Part shown: positions 1 through 6,944 of the stretch, piece by piece
Layout: the number at the start of each line of letters is the position of its first letter
Position numbering within the stretch: position 1 is the first letter of the stretch
NCBI GenBank assembly: GCA_051294375.1
Contig: JBJCIZ010000005.1
Location: 1-6,944, forward strand
Source: Paraspadella gotoi
Lineage: Eukaryota > Animalia > Chaetognatha
Reading direction: 5' to 3'
Length of the DNA stretch: 6,944 bases
Made by a program: the position numbers and the translations under genes
The notes under the pieces: generated by a model
Database searches by the model: none
What the model was told of the DNA's origin: nothing
The model's input: only the letters and a program-made list of their open reading frames with translations

Positions 1-70
1 TTATATTATAAATTATATTATAAATTATATTATAAAATATATTATAAATTATTATTATTATTATTATTAT
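1..70. repeat. AT-only low-complexity tract: about 4 copies of TTATATTATAAA followed by (TTA)n
   Basis: Read directly from the sequence; no G or C in 1-70. Confidence 0.9.
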
Positions 71-397
71 ATCTCTAAAATGCGATGTAGATCTTTCTTT
101 ATTACGAGCGCTCTGATCGCAAGCCATGGCTTTTCAGTATGTTCTTTTGTTGTNNNNNNNNNNAAGGACTAAAGAGAGCAGACCAATTGCGCATTTAAAA
201 ACGACATGGCGAATTGTCATGACTGGTAGACTATTTTTATTTTATTTTTTAATTTTGTTTTCTTATCGTTTTTCGTCCATCATCTTTTTCTTTGACAACT
301 CGAATATTTCCTATTCATGTTGTTTTTCTCTTTTTCTTAGCAGAAAAAAAAGGTTAAAAAAATATTTAAGTATTTTCTCGAACTAATCGTGCTTTTA

Positions 398-792
398 CTC
401 AACCCGAAGAAGGAAGCTCCTGGTCTCGTCCCGCCGACATCTACATCCCTANNNNNNNNNNCGGCCGGAAAATAGCCTTTGATGTATCCATCGTCTCCCC
501 AGTCCAGGAGGCCATAATCCTCCAAGCCGCCATGGCTCCCGCCGNNNNNNNNNNGATGCGGAAATCCGCCAAAATGCACGGCCATTTCGCTAACTGCCAG
601 GCCCAAGGAAGACACTTTCAGCCTTTCATAGTGGAAATCTTCGGCGGCTGGGACAAGGAAGCCCTGACCTTTCTTAAAGCCNNNNNNNNNNTTAACGCTC
701 GACAATGGGGAAAAAACAATTCCCTGGAACGAAAATACTTTTTCCAGCGCCTGTCCGTTGCCCTCCAACGAGTCAACGTAACCGCGACTTAA
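398..792 (+). pseudogene. 5'-truncated non-LTR retrotransposon remnant: C-terminal restriction-like endonuclease (REL) domain, CRE/Cnl1/MoTeR-like
   Basis: The frame of ORF 532-792 extends upstream to 427 and reads RPADIYIP....GRKIAFDVSIVSPVQ...KSAKMH...C...GRHFQPFIVEIFGGW...FFQRLSVALQRVN*. The RPAD..D, F.P..VE..GGW and QRLSVALQR.N motifs match the CRE-clade REL C-terminus as I know it. LNPKKEAPG lies in another frame at 398-424. The segment is a GC-rich island in AT-rich DNA. Confidence 0.8.
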
Positions 793-919
793 CTCTCATT
801 TTATAGCATCTTTTTTAACATTGTTCAACGTTTTAAAAAAAATATTTTTCGTTGTAAACGCAGCAAAATTTTACTTTCGCCACCCGCGGTTTGGGGGCTT
901 TTTTAAAATAATACCAAAT

Positions 920-973
920 TACCCTAACCCTAATCTTAAACCCACCCCTAAACCACCCTTAACCCTCCCTAAC
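920..973 (-). repeat. Degenerate telomere-like (CCCTAA/TTAGGG) tract
   Basis: TACCCTAACCCTAATCTTAAACCCACCCCTAAACCACCCTTAACCCTCCCTAAC contains several exact CCCTAA units plus variants. Confidence 0.6.
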
Positions 974-995
974 ACTTATACTATATCTTGCTATA

Positions 996-1975
996 ATTTA
1001 TAGTAATCTACTGGACATTTATTATATCCCAAAAATCTGAAATTAATTTAATATTTACTTAAAGAAACCTTTTTTGACGAACATTCAATTTTATTTAAAA
1101 AAAAATATATAAATCAAAAGCATTAATTTGGATTTCCTACGATGTTAAATAATTTTTCAACAGTCAGTAGTTCTCTAACTAATAGTGTACTTACTATTAA
1201 ATTTATTAGATATTAAAAATCTTGTAAATATTTTTTGGTTAATCACTCGCGAACGGACATTTCTCTTTCATTCAATGTTTTTTTGATCTGTTTGATTTAT
1301 GAAATTGGTACAACCAGTACATCCAAGCCATCCAAGCCCTCAAATCAGTTTACGGCCATCCTCATGCTTCCCACAGGGTAGGTACCGGGTTGGAATTGAG
1401 CCCGAACCTTAGGTGCGCATGAGCTGATGGCTTTACTCAATGAACCACCGGGTCACAACTGAAGGTATCCTGCTTATAGGCGGGGTGAACAGATGCATTA
1501 GGCAATGCCCGACTACAGTATCTGGATTAATACTTGGTACTAAGGTAACATACCATGAAATGTAAATATACATGATTTTCATAATTGTGCAGTCACGTGA
1601 ACATGTTAAAATGTGTTCATTTTAAAAGAAATTTATGTGGCGCAACAGTGATTTATTACGTGTCCGTTCACAAGTTACCCCAAAAAATCCTGCAAAACTT
1701 TTAAAATATAATAAAGATAATTAATAAAATTCCCTGTGTCCATTCGCGAGTGACACCAAAAAAATGCTTACCATTACATTGGATGAACATTTTAAAATTT
1801 TTTATAGCAAAAGTACTGGACGTTTATTATATAGCAATTTTTTGAAACTAATTTAATATTTATTTACCAAAAAAAACCTAGGATATAATAAATGTGCAGT
1901 ACTTTGCTGTAAAATTGGAGGAAAAAATATTCAAAACATTCATTTTTTTGTGTCATTTGCGAATGGACACGAGGT
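996..1975. repeat. Mosaic of direct and inverted repeats (MITE-like modules)
   Basis: Motif A, TCACTCGCGAA(C/T)GGACA-like, occurs at 1243-1259 (+), 1661-1677 (-), 1737-1753 (-) and 1953-1969 (+). Motif B, TACTGGACATTTATTATATCC-like, occurs at 1009-1029 (+), 1814-1832 (+) and 1881-1901 (-). The intervals 996-1070 and 1800-1878 are diverged direct copies. Confidence 0.75.
1330..1510 (-). mobile_element. tRNA-derived SINE-like repeat, copy 1 (tRNA-like head 1454->1382)
   Basis: Minus strand reads GACCCGG TGGTTCATTGA GTAAAGCCATCAG CTCATGC ... GGGCTCAATTCC AACCCGGTAC, with decayed Pol III A and B boxes and tRNA length (~73 nt). It aligns with copy 2 both upstream and downstream of the head. Confidence 0.65.
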
Positions 1976-2127
1976 AGTTTTCTGGATCTTGTTTTTATTT
2001 GCAGAATAAAGATGTCCCACGAGACCCTTCTTTATTAATTTCATATTTCTATTATTTTTATGTAACTGTGGATAAGGCGCTAAGTTGGCTAAAGACTAAT
2101 AGCAGCTTAGAACCAGTCTTGAGGGTT

Positions 2128-2310
2128 TTCCACGCCCCCAAGGCGGTTTAAGGCCGTCCCCACGCTTCGCACAGGGTAGGTACCCGGTTGGGATTAAACC
2201 CGGTACCTAGTGGTCATAAGCTGAAGGCTTTTAATCAATGAGCCACCGGGTCATGAGTGAAGGTGTTATGCTTATGGGCAGGATGAACTTATGACTACAT
2301 AGCAATGCAG
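2128..2310 (-). mobile_element. tRNA-derived SINE-like repeat, copy 2 (tRNA-like head 2252->2180)
   Basis: Minus strand reads GACCCGG TGGCTCATTGA TTAAAAGCCTTCAG CTTATGA ... GGGTTTAATCCC AACCGGGTAC. It has an ACCCGG/CCGGGT acceptor stem, an A-box-like TGGCTCATTGA and a B-box-like GGTTTAATCC. The anticodon stem is broken, so it is not a functional tRNA. Confidence 0.7.
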
Positions 2311-2765
2311 GAAGTTCATAAACGAAAGGTGAAAAATACTTATTGCCAAATAAATTTGTTGCAAACTAGTCTGTCATATACGGTAAGGCAGAGTGGATTT
2401 GAAAGAAACAATGTGCCATCTCTGAAACCTATAAAATCTTAAAGTATACACATGAGATAACTTTAATTTTCCTTGGTACTTTATTATTTTTTTTAATGAC
2501 AATCGCAAAATAGAATTTTTCTTTCTGTTTATAAATTTTTTTTTCTCAAATTTTATTTTTTGAGTATCAAAATTTGTCGTCAATCCAGATTTTCTTAATG
2601 CGGATTCGATCCTTATGCTTTTAAGATTTTTTTAAATAATAAAGTTTTTGAAATGTTTTTATAAAAATATTTAATTTTTAATATTTAATTTAAATATTTA
2701 TACATCTATCATTATCTACANNNNNNNNNNTTTAATTTGAGACCTCTCCCATCTTTCTATGATTT

Positions 2766-2848
2766 TTACTATCTAGGAAAAATGTTAGAAACATTTTCGA
2801 GTAAAATCCTCANNNNNNNNNNTTTCTAACTTTTTTCCTAGATAGTAA
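2766..2848. repeat. 26-bp inverted repeat (1 mismatch) with 31-nt spacer
   Basis: TTACTATCTAGGAAAAATGTTAGAAA (2766-2791) vs TTTCTAACTTTTTTCCTAGATAGTAA (2823-2848). Confidence 0.85.
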
Positions 2849-2873
2849 TAGTAGAACTGCATTTTGGGAAAAT

Positions 2874-2885
2874 ATTTGTATCTTC
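2874..2885 (+). repeat. Putative target-site duplication, left copy
   Basis: ATTTGTATCTTC directly abuts the left inverted arm and is identical to 3775-3786. Confidence 0.8.
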
Positions 2886-3127
2886 TCATCATGGAGAAAA
2901 GTGCATTTAACAAACGAATTTTTTTTTTTTCCAAATATTTCGACTTATGTTGCTAAGTCATCATCAGTGGCAGAAAGTGAAAAACCGAGAAAAATGATTT
3001 GTTTAAAAGAGTATAGAGAGAAAGGGAAAAGAGAGAGAGAGAGAGAGAAAGAAATGACCTTGGTAGGAATAGGCAGTAGTCATTAAAAAACACCATCAGT
3101 GAATTTTGACCAAAGACCCAAATAAAT
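2886..3127 (-). repeat. Left inverted arm (pseudo-LTR/3' UTR), 242 bp, contains (GA)9
   Basis: Reverse complement of 3479-3726. The only differences I found are run lengths: T12 vs A13, (GA)9 vs (TC)12, A6 vs T5. Confidence 0.97.
2931..2970 (-). ncRNA. Minimal type I hammerhead ribozyme motif
   Basis: Exact reverse complement of 3641-3680: CCA-CUGAUGA-U-GACUUA-gcaaca-UAAGUC-GAAA-UAUU-UGG. Confidence 0.8.
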
Positions 3128-3150
3128 TGGGTAGCCCCCCCTGCCTTCTG

Positions 3151-3288
3151 TCAGTTCAGTTCATGGAAGACGGGGTTCCAAGCATCGGTTTTTATGTAGG
3201 CCCCCCAGTCCTCGTTGAGTCCCTCTCCTGGGCCGCTGCTGTGCCGTCTGATTTCCAAAGCTTCACGAATTTTGGTATCATAAATAAG
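3151..3288 (-). pseudogene. C-terminal end of a PLE GIY-YIG endonuclease domain with its native stop
   Basis: Not in the ORF track. Manual translation gives LIYDTKIREALEIRRHSSGPGEGLNEDWGAYIKTDAWNPVFHELN*. It matches the R.EALEI...LN.D.G.....W pattern (conserved Glu and Asn) of PLE GIY-YIG domains. Confidence 0.8.
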
Positions 3289-3298
3289 TTTTTTTTTT

Positions 3299-3478
3299 GT
3301 TTTTTAGTGATTTTACGTGCTTTCGAAGTCGAGATAGGACAGCGATTTTGGAGAAATGGAGGGATAATAGAATGGAATTTACAGCGTTCAAGAAAAATAA
3401 GACGATTTTTGGCTGAAGCAATTTTTTCTTTAAGAAGAGAAAGAGTTTTAAGTTGTTGGTGTGCGCCCTCTCCATAGT
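3299..3478 (-). pseudogene. N-terminal fragment of a Penelope/Poseidon-type ORF, start codon missing
   Basis: YGEGAHQQLKTLSLLKEKIASAKNRLIFLERCKFHSIIPPFLQ matches the YG...K.A...N...FL.RC....IIP..L pattern that precedes PLE reverse transcriptases. It is part of ORF 3192-3500. Confidence 0.75.
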
Positions 3479-3726
3479 ATTTATTTGGGTCTTTGGTCAA
3501 AATTCACTGATGGTGTTTTTAATGACTACTGCCTATTCCTACCAAGGTCATTTCTTTCTCTCTCTCTCTCTCTCTCTCTCTTTTCCCTTTCTCTCTATAC
3601 TCTTTTAAACAAATCATTTTTCTCGGTTTTTCACTTTCTGCCACTGATGATGACTTAGCAACATAAGTCGAAATATTTGGAAAAAAAAAAAAATTCGTTT
3701 GTTAAATGCACTTTTCTCCATGATGA
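3479..3726 (+). repeat. Right inverted arm (pseudo-LTR), 248 bp, contains (TC)12
   Basis: Reverse complement of 2886-3127. Confidence 0.97.
3641..3680 (+). ncRNA. Minimal type I hammerhead ribozyme motif
   Basis: Core CUGAUGA at 3644-3650; stem II GACUUA/UAAGUC at 3652-3657/3664-3669; GAAA at 3670-3673; palindromic AAUAUU in place of stem III; stem I CCA/UGG. Predicted cleavage is after U3677. Confidence 0.8.
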
Positions 3727-3774
3727 AATATAACTTTATATTAAATTATTAGTGCTTGCGATGACGTTAAAAGA

Positions 3775-3786
3775 ATTTGTATCTTC
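3775..3786 (+). repeat. Putative target-site duplication, right copy
   Basis: ATTTGTATCTTC, identical to 2874-2885. Confidence 0.8.
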
Positions 3787-4910
3787 ATTTTTAAAGAATA
3801 ATCCATTCAAAGGTATTAATTTTTTAAAAAGAATTCTAGTATATATTTATAATTCAAAATTGTAGAAAGTTGGGGGAGGTCACAAGTTAAAGCTTCTGCT
3901 TTGTAGATAATGTTAAATTTATAAACATTAAAATTGTAAGCATATTCACTAAAAATACTTAAATATTTTATAAAAAAAATTTAAAAAACTATAATTAGCA
4001 TTTAAAAAAAATTCTGCTTTGATCGGATTTTCTTGACCTACCACTTTAAGTGTTTCATGGGTATTAATTAATGTGGAGTGATGAAAAGATTGAGTGATNN
4101 NNNNNNNNTTTTTTGCTGCTTATGGATATATAATATGGATATATAATTAACAAATTTTTTTAGCATAACAGTNNNNNNNNNNCAATTATTTATATAGTAA
4201 TATACTTATAAAATTGTCATATTTTAAAATAATTTTTCTTTATTTTCAAGAACAGATTTGGATTTGCCGTAAAAAACTAAAAAATTTATAAAATATATTA
4301 AATGATATTTTAATGTTTGGATCGCAAAAAGGACTAAAACGTTTACATATATAAGTTTCTACTACAGAGAATAAAAAAGTCATGAATTTTTATTTTTTTT
4401 CCCAATTTTAAATGTTGAAGATTACAATATTTTTGATAACATGTTTTATATTTTTGATTCAACTTTTATGATGAATCTGAATCTTATTAAAAGTTTTAAA
4501 AAAATATTTTTAAAATTAATTATTTTATAAGAATATTATTACAAATATATTATATTTTACTTTTCTGTTCCCGAGACATATCGAACAAAATATTTTTTTG
4601 TACTAGTTAATCATACTATTTTATAGCTAAATATTCTTATACGATCATTCAAATAAAATTTTTTGTTCTTTAAGATTTTATAGGTTTCAGAGATTGCACT
4701 TTTTTGTTTCTTNNNNNNNNNNTCTGCCCTACCGTGCATTCTTATGTGTGATCAAAATTGCTGCATAAATCATTTAGCGAGTCTTTTGTTAATATATATA
4801 TTGATGAAATAACAATGAAATGTAACTTTTTTATAAAAATAGTAATGCAGTTCAACCGCTTAACATTATCTTGATTTGTTGCTACACATATTTTTATAAA
4901 TTTAAGGATG

Positions 4911-5630
4911 ACAATTATCACAACAGAGGATCGCAGTTTTTATCGGTAACATGGCAACCATCCTGGGGGATTAAGCAATCAATCAATCTAATGGACTCGT
5001 GGAAAGGTTCCACCACCGTCTAAAGGAATCCCTCATCGCCCTCGGCGCCGATCATCGTTGTGATTGGTTCTGCTGCTTCTCCCTGCTCCATCCTTTCAAT
5101 TAGAACACGTTAAAACCGGACATAGGAGCGTCGCCCACCGAATTGGTAGCAGTCCCAGGAGACTTCCGGTTTGGACCGGAAGTGACGCCGAGGAGAATCG
5201 CCTGCGTAACCGCACTTTGGCAAGCCTTCGCCAAGAAGTCGCCCGCCTACAGCCAACAAAGACTTCGACCCACCGTCAGCCAAAAATCCAGCTCCCATAA
5301 GCTCTAAGCAGCGCTTCGCACGACTCCGTGCGCCGCGGCGCTACCGAAAACACCCTCTCCGCCCCTTACCACGGCCCCTTTCTTGTAATCTCTCATAATG
5401 ACCTTACCTTCAAAATGGAACTTCCCGGAAAAGGAACGAGACAGTCTCGATTTCGAGATTGAAACCAGCGTGGGAGGCGGACAATAATGCCAACGATGAC
5501 GAGTCGACCCTCAACTCCGTCGCTGCCACCCTCGCCGCCTCCTGGCCGACTCCTGGCCGACCGCGGGCGAACAAACTCGTATTCCCGAACGACGCAAAAT
5601 CTCTGATCTTCAACACGAAAAAATTCCCCC
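4911..5630 (+). pseudogene. Ty3/Gypsy LTR retrotransposon integrase remnant (catalytic core second half plus GPY/F C-terminal region), frameshifted
   Basis: Across frameshifts the translation reads TIIT-xRGSQFLSVTWQ (4911-), QSNGLVERFHHRLKESLIAL...W (4984-), LSIRT-LKPDIGASPTELV, VPGD, LSAPYHGP-F-V and ETVSISRLKPAW (to 5473). It includes ORFs 5064-5300 and 5459-5647. No LTR is visible. Confidence 0.9.
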
Positions 5631-6944
5631 TCTCTCTTTTAAGGTAATGAATACTTAAATTCAATGATTATTCCTATTGCATCAAATGATAACTTTTTTA
5701 ATTGTAAATTTATTTTTTGACAATATTTAGGCGAATCTGAATGCGCTCATTTCAGTTACAACAAAGGTTTACTCAAGAAGAACTCTTAATCACTGCTTAT
5801 CTATATCTTTTNNNNNNNNNNAATGTTTAATGAATTACAATTTTGTAAATGTGGCTTAGGGCTATTTGTTTTAATTCTAAGAAATAAAAATAAGAACAAT
5901 TGAACATTCACAATTACACATGTTTCACGTTTGTTAATTTTTGAACATTATTGTTAGTGACTGTGCTTGATCTGGGCCAGAGCAGATGACAGATGATTAT
6001 TACACTTTGCGTAATAGCAATATTCTTTGATTAAACTAGCCTGAAAAGAAAATTTTCATGTAATGTGAAATTAAAAAATGTAAATATGGGAATTAATACA
6101 TGTTAATTGACGTGTTTCGTGTTGGAGGATGCTTTAGGCAAAATGTTTTGGTGAATTGAATCATTTACAGTTCAAATGAATCTTTGAGATCTGGATCGAT
6201 TTTTTTGTGGTTGAACACACCAAATTCAAAGACGAATCCTATCAATATATATCTAGCCGTTATAAGAGAAATTAAAGTAGCTGTTAATTAAGTATTTCAG
6301 TTTCAATAATTAATAACAAATCAAAACAAACAAATATTAAACTAACTTTCGCCATATCTAGCAAATCTTTTGAATTTAATCATCAGCGCAAGATCTCTGT
6401 TCATTTAGAATTAATTATAAAAATTCTAAATTTTTCTATAGCAATAGTTCTAAAAGTAAAAGTTGATTTCTTTTATCACACAAATCTGCANNNNNNNNNN
6501 CAAAATTTAATCACGGTAAAACCGTTCCTCCGCGCATTTCTTTACTTAAATTTAGTCTNNNNNNNNNNATAATTTTTTGCCATACTGTTTTTTTTAGTTT
6601 ATTCAACCATAATTGGTATAAAAAATAAATTATTCCCCTTCTATTTCGTTTATATATGTGTTATTACTCCTTCGTCCGAGGCTTCGGTAGTTAAAAATTA
6701 ATTCTTATGAGGCCCGGATCACGCATTCGAGGCTTAGGCTAAATTCGGCGTTCTAATGATTTGAACTACGTATAGTTTCTTTGTAGAACCAAAACGGAAT
6801 CGCTTTAAATAGCGCGAGTTGATCCGCGGAGACAGCGTTTTTTCGCGGTCTGTTTTTGCCGATTACTTTTGAACGCTGAGTCCGATTTACATGAAATTTT
6901 GGAATTCGGCTAATTTCGCAATTCTCTTTCCAACGATACCAAAT

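Larger units (their letters stand above)
2886..3774. mobile_element. Non-autonomous, internally deleted Penelope-like element with inverted pseudo-LTRs
   Basis: Inverted arms 2886-3127 and 3479-3726, a hammerhead motif in each arm, PLE N-terminal and GIY-YIG C-terminal peptide remnants between the arms, a 48-nt extension on one side and a 12-bp flanking direct repeat. Confidence 0.85.
2380..4735. mobile_element. Old foldback/large MITE-like structure with decayed long inverted arms, interrupted by the PLE insertion
   Basis: Outer inverted match 2380-2444 vs 4668-4735 includes a perfect 27-mer ATCTCTGAAACCTATAAAATCTTAAAG. Inner inverted match is 2710-2766 vs 3856-3912, with weaker similarity between ~2600-2710 and ~3912-4025. 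The termini are not precisely defined. Confidence 0.65.

Noticed and set aside
71-227. Possible mini-Helitron (A|TC start at 72, hairpin 205-221, CTGG|T at 223-227)
   Set aside because: The hairpin depends on G-T pairs and sits too close to the CTRR end. These short signals can arise by chance.
126-1003. ORFs 126-386 (+), 337-768 (-) and 821-1003 (+)
   Set aside because: They are low-complexity translations, the antisense shadow of the REL remnant, and a read-through of the CCCTAA tract, respectively.
996-1975. CRISPR-like array from recurring motifs
   Set aside because: The repeats are irregularly spaced, in mixed orientations, diverged, and in a eukaryotic transposon context.
1382-2252. 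Functional tRNA genes
   Set aside because: Anticodon stems do not pair and the T-loops deviate from TTCRA, so they are treated as tRNA-derived repeats.
3508-3535. Second hammerhead-like core CTGATGGTG in each arm
   Set aside because: CUGANGA is not matched and no stem II followed by GAAA is present.
2901-3658. ORFs 2901-3086, 3106-3477, 3278-3475 and 3461-3658, and the shared MTKDPNK starts
   Set aside because: Mostly non-ATG starts within or next to the inverted arms, running through microsatellites or lying antisense or out of frame to the PLE remnant. The shared N-terminus only reflects the inverted repeat.
2886-3726. Interpretation as a DNA-transposon MITE with TIRs
   Set aside because: The flanking direct repeat is offset by a 48-nt one-sided tail, the arms contain a hammerhead and the interior encodes PLE remnants, all of which favour a retroelement.
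5110-5664. Minus-strand ORFs 5110-5298 and 5410-5664
   Set aside because: They are antisense shadows of the GC-rich integrase remnant.
5731-5766. Possible 36-nt micro-exon (TTTAG|GCGAAT...ACAAAG|GTTTAC, ANLNALISVTTK)
   Set aside because: The donor site is weak, no convincing neighbouring exons were found in 5700-6500, and it would need RNA-seq support.
154-6568. Many runs of exactly 10 N
   Set aside because: They preserve the reading frame in the REL remnant and align to exactly 10 bases in the partner inverted arms (2721-2730, 4713-4722). They are masked bases, not biological features or real gaps.

Overview
AT-rich, eukaryote-like (probably invertebrate) DNA made up almost entirely of nested transposon remnants, with no intact host gene. 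The main feature is a young ~890-bp non-autonomous Penelope-like element (PLE) at 2886-3774, flanked by a perfect 12-bp direct repeat (ATTTGTATCTTC). It has near-perfect 242/248-bp inverted arms, each carrying a minimal type I hammerhead ribozyme motif pointing outward. Between the arms, an N-terminal PLE ORF fragment is fused out of frame to a GIY-YIG C-terminal fragment, with the reverse transcriptase missing. This element sits inside an older, decayed ~2.35-kb foldback structure. Also present: a CRE-clade-like non-LTR endonuclease remnant followed by degenerate CCCTAA repeats, two diverged tRNA-derived SINE-like copies inside a mosaic of direct and inverted repeats, and a Ty3/Gypsy integrase pseudogene. 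All family assignments come from motif recognition by eye; no database search was run.
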